DNA of 64,000 nt. Origin: Raja brachyura (Eukaryota). Both the position numbers and the translations under genes were made by a program. Of the stretch, positions 1 through 12,464 are shown in pieces (positions within the stretch are counted from its first letter, which is position 1; the number at the start of each line of letters is the position of its first letter). The stretch is taken from the NCBI GenBank assembly GCA_963514005.1, contig OY740781.1, forward strand, positions 118,978,001 to 119,042,000. The letters run 5' to 3'. Below the pieces are notes generated by a model. The model was not told where the DNA came from. It searched no databases and saw nothing but the letters and a program-made list of their open reading frames with translations.

Positions 1-531
1 AGAAAGTTGCTGGAGGAACTCAGTACATTAGGCAGCAAATGTGGAAGCAAACGGATGGCATATCTCTTGGCACTCAGAAGTCATTCTCTGATGGTGGCTG
101 AATTGCTGGTGTCATTACAGACAGAGACAGAATGAAGGCTTTATGCATGGAACTAGGCATTGAGCTACATAACTTGCTGCCAATAATTGACCAGCGGTGG
201 AAATATAATCACTTTTAGTTGTGGTACCTGTAAGTCGTATGTGCAATTAATGGCATACAAAGGTATTTACAAATTGGGAAAGGTTTATATGTTTTCCATC
301 AATTGTTGTTTGATAAAAGAGATTGAAATGTAATCGATTCTCTCTGAATAGAGAGTGTCAGCGACCATCCTTTCATAGCAGAGCACGAGAAATTGCATAT
401 ATTTTCAAAATGCAGTCCATAAAGAGCATAAAATTAAAATGGTGTAACACCTTGATCGCACCAGTGTTGTAGTTTTTGCTTGGAAGTTACAGCCATAGTT
501 GTACACAATGCTAGATTTCAGTAAGGACATA

Positions 532-625
532 TTGAGGAAGGGTCTCGACCCGAAACATCACCCATTCCTTCTCTCCAGAGATGCTGCCTGTCCTGCTGAG
601 TTACTCCAGCTTTTTGTGTCTATCT
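532..625 (+). mobile_element. Penelope-like (pLTR-derived) short repeat with degenerate hammerhead core
   Basis: ttgaggaAGGGTCtcGACCCgaaacatc followed by the family sequence gatgctgcctgtcctgctgagttactccagc, also seen at 10480, 23331, 29710 and 60385. Confidence 0.6.
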
Positions 626-2184
626 TCTTATTAAAGTATAGATTGCTCGTACACAGCACGTTATTGAAGAATTCCTTCTCCAACTCCTCCATCCTTATTC
701 CTTCTCCCAGCATCATACTGTCCTTGATTATGTGAATGGATAGTTTCCAGAAAAAGTTTAAGAGGAATGCCTACAAGTGTACTCATGACTGGTTTACCAA
801 GAAGCCTTGAGGTTATGTCACATTCCTCAGCATCTGCCACACTCCACGTACTTGAAGAACCTTGATAAATTCTAGCACGCACCAAATATTAGCAACACCA
901 GGTAGAAATTAAACAACAACCAATTTGCAAGTTGTTCATTGTCTCTTTAGAGAGCCCTACGTAGCTAAAATAGCTCCAAAGTGGCAACACTGGCATCAAG
1001 TCAGCATTGTACACAGACTAATGTTATGATCAGCCTAGTCTGTTGATGAGTGTCAGCTGCACATATGTTAACACTTGTATAAGTATAATATCTGGCACGA
1101 TTCACACCACAACTATGTGCACATGGTGGACATTTATTACCTAAAATTGCACATATGGGCTCAAAAAATGCACATGCCACAGAACATAATTTTGTACTCA
1201 TTGATATTCTTCTAATTTTGTTTGAGGATCTGTAGATTCTGGAGTCAACCTATCTACCAGTGTCAATTATTTGGAATCATAGAATCGAAGAACAGAAGGA
1301 AATCACGTGGCTCTTTATTTTTGTGCTGATGAGAGAGAGCTACCCAACTTAGTCCTGGTCCTGCAAGTCACAACTCTTTGTGCGTACGTATGTATTTCCA
1401 TATGTGATGTTGGTATCTGCTCCTATTACACTATCAGCTGCTGAATTATGGAATCCTAACTGGGTTCAGTTAGATGCCATTGGATTTTAGGGAATTTTGT
1501 GGTCGGATTGAACATTATTCCCAAGATTGACATCAAGGATTGAAATTTCAACCCAGTTCGTCAATTAGAAAGATCTACCCAAATGTGGAAAGGGAGCCAA
1601 ACTCCATCAGGTTCTACTTTAAATAAGAAAATGTAAACTGCTTATTCCCCTGAGAAATAGTGTGAGCTGCTGTGGAAATAATAGCAAACAGTGTGCTGTA
1701 CAACATCATTTCATAATTTGTGGCAGGGAAGAGAAGTGTGATTGAGACACAAGAGATTGCTGGTTTCTAGAGAAATGAAATGTCTGCTGGAGGAACATAA
1801 TTGATCGGACAACCTCTGTGGGAGAAAATGAATTGTTGACATTTAGGATCAGAACCTGTATCCGGGTGATGAATTGATTTATGCTGCCCGATTCTTAGTC
1901 ACACAAATAATAAGTTCAAAATATAAACAAAATATAAGTTCAATGTCAAACACCTCCCACCCTCATTCAGCATCAAATTAAACAGCACAGAGTGTTAGAA
2001 CTGATATGTAATGGACCATTCTCATGATGTGAGTTATTTTCCTGAAAAAAACTCAGAGCTCCAGAAGAGGAAAATTGAAACCATGAGGACTGATTCCCTC
2101 GTGCCAGCAGAAAATAAATTGCTTTTAGCAGTTTTATAATTTGAATTTTACATTTACGTTTCATTTTTCCTCTCCCTCCTTTGT

Positions 2185-3007
2185 GGGCATCACAGTGGTG
2201 CAGACTATGGAGCTGCTGCCACACAGATCCTTCAACCTGGGTCTGATCTTGACCTTTGGTGCTGTCTTTGTAGAGTTTGCATGTTCTCACCATGACCAGA
2301 TGGGTTTCTGCTGACTGCTCCGGTGTCCCGGCACTTCCCAAAAATATTCCATTGACTCCATTTACACCACATTGCCTCGGCAAGGCCACCGGCATAATCA
2401 AGGATGTCTCACCCTGGTCACTCCCTCTTCTCCCCTCTCCCAGCAGGCCAGAGGTACAGAAGTGTGAAAACACACACCTTCAGTTTCAGGGACAGTTTCT
2501 TCGCAGCTGTTATCAGGCAACTCAACCTTACTATTAATAACCAGAGAGTGGTCCTGAGCTACTATCTACCACATTGGCAGCCCTTCGACTCAATTGGACT
2601 TTATTTTGCACTAATTGTTATTCCCTTTACTATGTATCTAAACTGTGGATAGCTTGATTGTAGTCATGTATAGTATTTCCGTTGAATGATTAGAATGCAA
2701 CATGCGATTTTCATTGTACCTCGGTACACGTGACAATAAACTAAACTAAACTAATCTAAACCAAACTAAGTAAAACAAAACTAAAGTAAACTAAACTAAA
2801 CGTGGGTTAGTCGGATTACTGACATAAAATTACCTGCAACATTTCATTGAGTGGTACAATCTGGTAGGGAGGAGGGAAGGGCGGAGATTTATGGGAATAT
2901 GGGGAGCATAAACTGGGATTTAAGTAGGATTGGTGGAAATGGGAGTTTGAAGGTCAACACAGACTCAGTGGGCTGAAGAGCTTTATCGATGATGTGTGAC
3001 TCTGACT
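2185..3007 (+). mobile_element. Degenerate HE1-like SINE split by a Rex1/Babar 3' fragment (about 2347-2800)
   Basis: tRNA-like head (cacagtggtgcag...gctgcc.cacag) and CR1-like tail (gactcagtgggctgaag); the insert encodes HPGHSLFSPLPAGQRYRS and ends in (AAACT)n. Confidence 0.65.
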
Positions 3008-3181
3008 CACTTTAATTCTCGATCTGAGCTTGTGTCTTACTGAACAGGTTTCTCCTGACATTTCAAATCAGAACGCTCACTGCCTTGTGAGTTAATTGGG
3101 ATTTCAGGCTTTGTATTGGCACATATTTGGATTTTAAAAAATCATTAAAGAAATATGTTGAACCCCACCAATCACATACAT

Positions 3182-3599
3182 TGTAGTGGCAGATTTTTAT
3201 ATAGTTCAAGAGATTATTCCTTCTAGCCACTAAGTGGACTACATGATTAGAGAGAATGTCGTTATATGCATGTGAGCTTTCCGTCAGAGACCTTCAGTGC
3301 TTCTTCACATATAAATCTTCATAACACAGTATTTTGATTAATAGATTCTTTATTGTTGATGAAAAACAATGTTATACATCCAAACTTCTTCCGACTCGTA
3401 CACAATAATCTTCATCGAACTCCAGCATATCGCTTTAAAGGTTAGGAAACTCCTGGTATCTCCATTACGCTTTGCATGGTCAAAGGGTATGCCTTCCTCA
3501 TGCAAGTCCAAAACACAACTAAAAACTAAGCTTCTGCGCAAGAATCGTAGCTCCAAACATGCCCTAGAATACGTCATAAATCCCACCCACATAATTACA
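3182..3599 (-). mobile_element. Solo LTR, related to 52867-53250
   Basis: On the - strand it starts TGTAATTATGTGGGTGGG, ends ATCTGCCACTACA and contains AATAAA; colinear with the copy at 52867-53250; no TSD found. Confidence 0.7.
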
Positions 3600-5328
3600 G
3601 GTAGTCTAAAATTTAAAGACACATGCCATAATTAATGACACACAAAACAAGCCAAATGGCCACTACATACTGTGCTCTCAATTTTCCATTGAAACACGAG
3701 AAATACCTTACAATAAAAAACAGTTTGAACTCTACTCTCAAAAATCTGCTGTTCTTTCTGTTTTTAATTTAGCTTATCTTTATCTAATTTTCTTTTTCTT
3801 TTTAAAATTTTCCATCATTGGCTGGATTTTACATATACAATGAAGATTTGGTTCTCTTTGGTCTCCTTGAGTATAAAGAGAACCAAGGCTTCATTGCCCA
3901 GAATGACCAAGCAATCTGGGGTAGAAGATTGCAACCTTCACATGGTCCACCCTGTTTCAATGAATGCAATCAACCTGGCATGCACAAACAAAAGATCAAA
4001 CAGAACAAGTTGTCTCACAACTTTAGACTGTCCACACCATACGCAAGATGAAGAAGAAGACCAAGCAATCTATATAATAATGTGGAATAAAAATAGAAAT
4101 TGCTGTGAAAAAAACCCTCAGTAGGTCAAGCAGCATCTGTCGAAAGACAAACTGTTAAATTTTCAGGTTTAAGAATCCAGTGGATTTCCAGCATCTGTAA
4201 TATTTTAATTTAATTTACTGTGTGAGGTAGGTTTCTTTTTTTCAGATGTTAGTTGTTGTCAGATATAAATTCTTAGATGTCATAGAAAATAGAACAGTAC
4301 AGCGCCAGAATGGGTCCTATGGCCCACAATGTCTGTGCTGAACATGATGGCACATTAAACTAATTTAGTCTAACTGCATGCGACCCATTTCCTTCCATTC
4401 TTTACATATCTGAGTACCTTTCCCAAGCCCTCTGAATGGCAATTTTGCTTCCAACACCACCCAGGCACAATATTCCAGGCTGCCACCAGTAACAATCCTG
4501 CTCTTGCATTCTACAATCTACATTTTTTGAAGCTGACTAAGAGTCTGTAAAGAATGGGTAGACGTTTAACCCTTCCATGATTATTTAACTCCTTAGCCTC
4601 ATCACTAACACCACTCAATTGCTGATTGACATAAACCTTTGTTTTACTCATAACCCCATAATCTTCAGTTCCTGCCTGCAAACTGCCTTAATGTTGTTCG
4701 AACTCTCATGCAAGAACCCTCATCTAACTTCCTGCAATTTCCAAATCTTTTTCAATGTTGAACTGTGAGCTATGGGCTTAATGCGAGCAAATGGGGCCAG
4801 TTCCATTTGCCAACTTGGTCGGCATGGACAAGAAGGGCCGAAAGGCCTGTTTCCTTGCTATACAACTCTATGATTCTCTGATTCTATGACACTGTTATCT
4901 CCGAGTCATCCCATGCTTGTGATCCCTCTTTTGCAATATTGCAATAATTAGCTCCAGAGTTGCTTTATTATCTGACAGGAAGGCAAGCTGCGAATCAGTT
5001 GAGAAACTCATTGGGAAGAAAAATCCTGCAATTAATTCACACAGGATGTCTGGTTGGCCAGAAAGCACCACTCCCCCATTCTTTTTCTAGCCTTCACAAT
5101 TTTAACAAGAATTAACACATTTATAATAATTAATGGATTCATTTATTTCACTGAAAAATGTCAAATATATGATCATATTAAGAATCTAGATGCAAATATC
5201 AACAAGTGATTTCGAACTGTGCAAATTTAAGATCAAATTTAAGTGTTTTAAGATTATTGCCCGTAATGAAGGAAGTCATGGACACATGCACTAGCTCCAA
5301 CCAAAACAAATACTTTGGTTTCATTTTT

Positions 5329-5651
5329 TTAGTTTTATTTCGTTTTAGAGAAATAGCCCGGAACAGGCCCTTCAACCCACCGAGTCCAGACTGACCAGCG
5401 ACCCCCACACAGTAACGCTATCCTACACACACTAGGGACAATTTACACATTTACCAAGCCAATTAACCTTCAAACCTGTATGACTTTGGAGTGTGGAAGG
5501 AAACCAAAGATCTCGGAGAAAACCCACGTAGTCACGGGTAGAATATAGAAACTCCATAGAACCAGCACCCGTAGTCGGGATCGAACCCGGGTGTCTGACA
5601 CTGCAAGCGCTGTAAGGCAGCAACTCTACCGCTGCACCACCGTGCCACCCC
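5329..5651 (-). mobile_element. HE1-like tRNA-derived SINE (V-SINE group), near full length
   Basis: - strand: A box tggtgcagcggtagag, B box ggttcgatccc, central ggtttccttccacactccaaag, CR1-like tail ggactcggtgggttgaagggcctgtt. Confidence 0.8.
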
Positions 5652-7333
5652 TGTTTTGTGTAGAAAATCTCTCTGGAGTAAAAATGGTGAATCTATATTC
5701 CTGTGACTTAACATAATTATGAATGTTAATGCATAAGTACGGCACGTTGAGGACAGGTATCTCCTCTGATGAAAAATGTTCAAAAGTTAGGAAAACTTAC
5801 CAAACAAAATATGACCCCCTGCCACACTCCTGCCTCTTGAGTTTAAAACAAGGTATTGGATTGGAACAACAAATGTGTCAGTATCCCCTAATAGTACTGA
5901 AAACGACACAGTGAATCAGATCAATTGAATTCCTCTTTAAATGGACCGCACCTTTATGAAAATACATTTGACAAACATTTAAAAACAATAGTTGAAGCTG
6001 CCTTAAAACATTTAATGTATCATCATTTCTGCATGACATTCAACTCCATTGATTTTTCTGTCTTCACAAACAAAATAATGTTGCCATAATTTTTTTATTT
6101 ATAACAACAGTTCTCTTTCTTTATCAGAAAACTCGGTTAACTCGCCCTCTGTCTGTATTCCAGCAATTAAGTTCTGCCTTTTGTTTCCGTTGGATTGGGT
6201 TGGTTCAAAGAAATGTTTGAAGTTGCCTGATATGGAGAGGAAGTGAATCATCCTCATCTGGCAGGCAGGTAGCAGATTAATTCCCATGAGAATCATTAGT
6301 AGATTAGTAACAGTAAAAATGCTTGTCGGAATCTGCTTAATAAGAAATTTAAAGATATATGATCTTAAAACTGTCTTCCTTTGGAATAGTCCAGGTTACT
6401 TCGATTTCAAAGGACAAAGTTGAAAGAATCACTGGGTTTTACATGAGCAATTAACTAATGCCTACCTTCTCCAATTTGCACTTGCACAGATTTTGAAGTC
6501 TTTCAGAATTTGCTTCATTGCAACCACAAAATAATAGCAAACAACTTACTGACAAGTTTCCAATTTTCCCATGGCATACTAGGAACATTCCCTGTGTCAG
6601 GACTTTAGTTTAGTTCAGAGATACAGCATAGTATCTGTTTGATTAGTACAGTTGTCAGAGGTTATGGGGAGAAGGCAGGAGAATGGGGTTAGGAGGGAGA
6701 GATAGATCAGCCATGATTGAATTGCAGAGTTGAATTGATGGTCTGAATGACCTAATTCTACTCCTATTCCTTATGACTAGAGTCAGGATTTTGCCATAAA
6801 TGCCATGTGCCTTTTCATGCCTTTTCGATGATTTCAGGAAGATAATGCCTTTTTCATGATTGAGTGCTTAAAACAGCCTTTTTTTTGTCATTTTAACGTA
6901 ACTTACAAGAAAATTTACACCCAAAACTAGAGATGCTTTATGTAGGTGTGAAGTGGTGATTGGGGAGGCGTCGGTGGGGAAGGATCTAATCTTTTCAAAC
7001 TGGAGTCAGGCTGTGAGTAGATGTGAAGTGTTGGTTGGGGAGGGGGTGTGGGGGTACCAGGGTTAAGTTTCTGTTTATCGAAACTGCAGTAGACTCGGTC
7101 AGGTCGTTGGTCAGCTGATGATTGCCCAAGAAGCGAGGGTTTTTCCTCTTGTAGCTTGTGATTACTTGCAAGCCCTTCCACACTGAACAAGAGTAATGTG
7201 CTGAGAACTTGCTCCTCAACTTCTCAGAGTACCTTTCCATGGCAGCTCTGATTCCTCTTCTCAGCTTGCATTTTGCTTGCCTGTAGAGGTCTACATCCCC
7301 GTTCCTGTGGGATCTACCACTGAAAACGTCAAA

Positions 7334-9175
7334 ATGGCTAAAGTCAAGTCAAGGCCTTGTCAAAAAATGAACGATTTGGTGAGAGTGTACTAGAGTGATA
7401 TATTCTCTACAGACAACTGTGTGCTGTTTTGCAAAGCATGTGAGAAAGCAGTGAATCATGAGAAGAAATATTTTGTCTCCCAGCATGTACAGAAAGCTAA
7501 ACACAAGTCAGCGGCAGAGAAACTGAAGGTAGGAAATACGCAAGCTTGTCTCCTCAAGATTCAAGATTCAAGAGCGTTTATTGTCATGTGTCCCTGATAG
7601 GACAATGACATTCTTGCTTTGCTTCAGCACAACAGAACATAGTAGGCATAGACTACAAAACAGATCAGTGTGTCCATATACCATTATATAAATATATACA
7701 CACATGAATAAATAAACTGATAGTGCAAATAACAGATAATGGGTTATTAATGTTCCGAGTTTTGTCCGAGCCAAGTTTAATAGCCTGATGCCTGTGGGGA
7801 AGTAGCTATTCCTGAACCTGGTCGTTGCAGTCTTCAGGCTCCTGAACTTTCTACCTGAAGGTAGCAGGGAGATGTGTGTGTGGCCAGGATGGTGTGGGTC
7901 CTTGGTCCTTTTTGAGGCAGCATTCACATCATTTACTGCTGGCTCCAGTCGCTAATCTGAGTTTTCGAGTGATCTGTGCAAAGCATTCATTGATGCTGGA
8001 ATTCCGCGGTGGAAATTGGAAAACAAATCTCTCAGAGGTTTTTTAGAGAGATACACAGAGGAACATATACCGAGCTAGCCATCATTACGGAAAAATTATG
8101 TTGACAGCAACTTAAACATTGTTGTGCAGAAAATTAGAGATGAAGCTGCATGCAAAAAAATATTGATTTCAATAGACGAGACAACCGATGCTGTGGGGGG
8201 AGACATTGCCAATGTGTTCATCGGTACACTGGAGGCAGGTCAACCATCAAAGGAGTATTTGTTGACATTGGAAGTATTGGAGAAGTCAAACAAGCTCAAC
8301 TATTACTCAGTTGTTTACATCTTCACTTGCTGTGTTTTGGCCACAAGGTATAAAACACACGAATGTTCTTCTGTTTGTGACTGATGCAGCTGCGTACATG
8401 AAAAAAGTTGCTTGTGCTCTTAAAGTTTTATTCCCCAAAATGTTGCATTTGACGTGCTTAGTTCACAGAGTCCATAGAATTGCCGAGCACATACGTAGCT
8501 TGTTTCCAAATGTCGATCGCCTAGTTTCCAATGTCAAGAAAATCTTCCTCAAAGCACTTTGCCCATATTTGAGATTCCACTACATCCTCAGCCTGTTTTG
8601 ACTAGTTGGGGTACATGGCTCTGTGCTATACTCTACTATGCTGCAAATTTTGAAAAGATAAAATTAATCATCAATTGTTTTGAAGAAAAAGAATCTGCTG
8701 CAGTCAGGATCGTCAGTGAAATCATGCAGAAAAAGTCCCTTCCCGCGATCTTGTGTTTATTGCTTCCAATTTTGCAAACTTCCCACAAGCTATTACTTCC
8801 CTTGAGAAACATGGCGAAACATTAGTGAATAACTTGCAGGTTTTCACCAAAGTAACTGACGATATTCGTAAAGTTCCTGGCGATGTAGGTAAAGACATAC
8901 AAGGAAAATGTGAGAGAGTGATTTTAGCTAACAAAGATCTTGAAGAAATACAAAACATAGCTAAAGTTCTCAAAGGTTGTTGTTATTCACAAGATATCAA
9001 CATGAATATAGAGTTTGTAGCTTATTTTGGGTATGCACCAGTGACCTCAGCTGGGGTAAAAAGAAGTTTTTCACATCTGAATCATATTCTGTCTGACAGA
9101 CGGCATAGTTTAACACCAGATAATTTGACAAAAATGCTAGTAATTATGAGCAACAAGGCAACTTTGGCCATTTAA
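7334..9175 (+). pseudogene. Decayed hAT transposase with CGGBP1-like N-terminal zinc finger
   Basis: MAKVKS...LFCKACEKAVNHEKKYFVSQHVQKAKH (C2H2); ISIDETTD and FVTDAAAYM (catalytic Asp contexts); HLTCLVH (CxxH); APVTSAGVKRSFSHLNHILSDRR (hAT C-terminal motif, ERSFS changed to KRSFS). Contains stops, frameshifts and a LINE insertion. Confidence 0.85.
7557..7923 (-). mobile_element. Rex1/Babar-like LINE 3' fragment inserted in the transposase
   Basis: KDPHHPGHTHISLLPSGRKFRSLKTATTRFRNSYFP; tail gacaataaa followed by (TCTTGAA)n. Confidence 0.8.
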
Positions 9176-9354
9176 TGTAGTATACATTTATAATTATCAT
9201 TTTTAACCATATTTTGGTGGTGGAAATTAATGTCTTTTATGCCTTTTTTGTCAATAAATGCCTTTTTGGTTATTTTATTATGCCTTTTTGCTTGCCTTTT
9301 TCAGATTTTTAGCGCCTGAACATTCTGGCTCTACTTATGACCTTATGACTTCAA

Positions 9355-9657
9355 TAACAGGTCCTTCAGCCCATCAAGTCCACAGCGATCATTGATCACC
9401 CATTCACACTAGTTTTACTGTATCCCACTTTCTCATTTACTCGCAACACATTAGGGCAATTTACAGAGGCCAATTCACCTACAAGCCTGCATGTCTGGGA
9501 TGTGGGAGGAAACTGGAATACCTAGAGGAAAACCACGCAGTCACAGAAGAGAGGGAGGAGAACGTGCAAACTCCATACAGTCAACACTCATGGTCGAGAT
9601 CAAACCAGGGTCTCTGATTGTTGTGAGGCAGCAGCTCTACCAACTGCACCACTGTGC
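9355..9657 (-). mobile_element. HE1-like SINE
   Basis: Same head, body and tail motifs as 5329-5651, more diverged. Confidence 0.7.
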
Positions 9658-10102
9658 AGTCTAGGCTGAAGGTAGGCTGATAATATGGCATATTTACTAT
9701 GAAAGAACTTGGGTCCTTACTACAGCAGGTCGCTCCCTTTCCCAAGGTTGAACACATTCACATTTAACTGAGGATTTGCTGCGGGCAAATGATTTTCTGA
9801 CACTTTGATAATAATTGCAGACCCTCGGATTCCAAGGACTGAGAAGATATACTAGCATGTTGTTCCCAGCCAAATAGCACTCTGGAGAAAACATTAATCT
9901 TTTGGCCAAAAGTTTGAAACTTTAGGGGAGATATAAAAGTGTGGTTGAAGATTGTCTGTCTTCAATGACATCTACCCGATACACTGTACACTGATTGGAC
10001 TGGGAGAATTCAGCTTGTATGAAAATTCCCCCCAAATTGAAATTGTTCTCCATGTTTCCTATCTGAGCATTCTCGAAGAGGTCCAAAAAAAGTAAAATGC
10101 TT

Positions 10103-10612
10103 AGAAAGGAACTGCAGATGCTGGCTTACACTGAAAATAGACACAAAATGCTGAAGAAACTCAACGGGACAGACAGCATTTCTGGATAGAAGAAATGAGT
10201 GACGTCACCCATTCCTTCTATCCAGAGATGTTGTCTGTCCCACTGAGTTACTCCAGCATTCTGTGTCTATGTAATAGTAAAATGCTTATGATGAGTGAAA
10301 TGCAGTTAACATTTCATGTCCCAATCTTTCATCAAAACTGCGAAAGGTTTGAGACGTAGCAAGATAGAACAAGCAGATAGGAAGCAAGCACTTCTGACTC
10401 AATTTTTAAATGCTGTTAAATTGAAGTCAATGAAACAGACTTTTACATAATCACCTAAGGTTAACTTGCAGATAGAGGAAGAAGAAGAAGGCTCTTGATC
10501 CTAAACGTCAACTATTTGTTTTCTCCAGAGATGCTACCTGATCCGCTGAGATACTCCAGCTTTATGTGTCTGTCTTCGGTTTGAACCAGCATCTGCAGTT
10601 CCTCCCACACAA
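10103..10612. mobile_element. Cluster of Penelope-like palindromic repeat fragments
   Basis: aaggaactgcagatgctgg...gacacaaaatgctg and its reverse complement at 10200-10270 and 10480-10612. Confidence 0.6.
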
Positions 10613-11214
10613 TGAATGGGAGCTGTTGGAAGTCAATTATCCTGGCTAAATGACATCACTACAGCAGTTCTTCGGGGAAGTGTCCTGCCAAACTATTTTC
10701 AGCTGCTTTATCAATGGCCTTCCTTCCATCGTAGGGCCAGAAACAATGTTCAATGTTCAGTTCCACAATGACACAGAAAATAAAGTAATCCATGAGCAAA
10801 ACTTGGAAGATATTCAGGAATGGACAGATAAGTACAGATAAACTGTCATACAAAACATGCACCATCCTCAAGAGAGAATCTAACCACCTATCGTTGTCAT
10901 TCAATGGAAACATCATTATTGAGTCCCCTAACTTTGACACCATGACCAAAGTATGGAAATTTCACATCAATGTTGAGAATGAAAAGTTGTAAGTATATCA
11001 AATTACAAGTGACTAGAAATTTAATTTCAAAGCACAAGAATTGAAGAGTAAAATGCATCGCATTGAACAACATGCATATGTAATTTCCATTTATCTTTTC
11101 AACATAGGACTATTACAGTGCACCATGTTCATACTGGCTCACAAAACAATGCCATTCACAACTAATTTTTTTTGTGTAACCTGTTCTCTCCAGTTTTCCT
11201 CCAGTCAGACTTTC

Positions 11215-11343
11215 TCTGGATCATGTTTGTATCTGAGCCAAGTCTATTGAAACCTTCTGCAGCAGATTCCCCAATAATTTCTGTTAGGGAATCTGCTGCA
11301 GAAGGTATCAACAGATCTGGTTCAGTTGCAGACATGGACCAGA
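11215..11343. repeat. Long imperfect palindrome (hairpin)
   Basis: Perfect 20-bp core ACCTTCTGCAGCAGATTCCC (11252-11271) / GGGAATCTGCTGCAGAAGGT (11287-11306); pairing extends with mismatches to about 57 bp per arm. Confidence 0.9.
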
Positions 11344-12301
11344 TATCTGATCATTACTCATGTGACAGCCCCAGGTTACAACAGAGTTTCATTAAGGTCT
11401 TGTGTCCTTTTCCCGGGTATCCACTACTGTTACCATGACCAATTTACAATTGGAAAAGAGCTTCCATTCCTTACGACAGTTAACCTCAAGCAGCTCAACT
11501 CCCATCAGCAAGTATTCCAATTAAAAGCTGTGAGAGTTCCAGCTGGAATAACACGTTGCATAAAATCTTTAATGACTCACATATAAAAAGGTTCAAAATC
11601 TTGTATTTTATATGCAGAATAGATTACACATGCATAAATATGACGATCACATCCCAGAACAGCTGGACCACATAAGGGTAGATCCACCATGTGGCATCAT
11701 TCTATGCAATGATAAATTCCTAAACTGAGGTGCTGTTTTAAATGGTTCTTCTGCACTTCATTGAAAGAGTGCATAAAATCAGGAATGGGATGGAAAACTA
11801 AAATGGCACGTGAAAGGAACTGAGGTATTCTACAAATTACCATTTGGTTTCCAGAATGTAGGGGAAATTGTGTGGTGTGTAGCGTGTACATGACACTCAA
11901 TTAAAAAACATAAAATAAATCCACAGTCTCACCAGATAAGAATGTGTGGGGGCTATTGCTTGATTGGAAAGAAGAAGATAAAAAGGGAGTTGAGTTACTG
12001 AACTCCTGTGCTTGCAAAGAAAGGATCTGTGGGGAGGGGAGTGGCTACCGGCTGTTTCTGATATGTGTTCTCTCACAAACCCCTGAGTGTGTTGCGAAGG
12101 TATGGGCTCTATGGCATGCTGACAGATGATACGAGGGGGAAATTTGTTTTATGGTTTTATCATGTTGGTAATACAGGCGTGATGCAGCACAGCCTAATGA
12201 CTGTGAGGGATGGTTGGATGGGAAGTTAGGATAGATAAACCTTATTATAATTCTGGGAGGTGGCACAAAGGATGAAAGAAACAAGCCTGTTGACGGTGTT
12301 A

Positions 12302-12464
12302 AGGGTCTGTCGAACTTACGTGATTTTTTCGGCGACTTGCCAGCACCTGTCATAGTTGCAGCAGGTCGCTGAAAATGTTTTAAATGTTGAAAATCCAGCG
12401 GCGACCTAAAAAGGTACGACTCTTTGGGCGACTACTCACGACCAAACAGGCGTCACCCCGCGTC
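12302..12464. mobile_element. Truncated PIF/Harbinger-like MITE end
   Basis: tta|agggtctgtcgaactt resembles the AGGGCCTGTCCCACTT TIR of 59050; CGAC-rich subterminal repeats; no second TIR. Confidence 0.5.

Larger units (their letters stand above)
6778..9333 (+). mobile_element. hAT-superfamily DNA transposon (CGGBP1-like transposase lineage), both ends present
   Basis: Imperfect TIRs TAGAGTCAGGATTTT / reverse complement TAGAGCCAGAATGTT; 8-bp TSD CTTATGAC at 6770-6777 and 9334-9341; subterminal TGCCTTTT arrays; internal transposase remnant. Confidence 0.88.

Noticed and set aside
661-885. 74-aa ORF as a host exon
   Set aside because: No recognisable protein motif or convincing splice sites
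463-992. CAGTGTTG...CAACACTG as hAT TIRs
   Set aside because: Only an 8-bp match, and the flanks show no 8-bp TSD
5570-5651. tRNA gene
   Set aside because: The A/B boxes belong to a SINE head that continues into SINE body and tail; no complete cloverleaf
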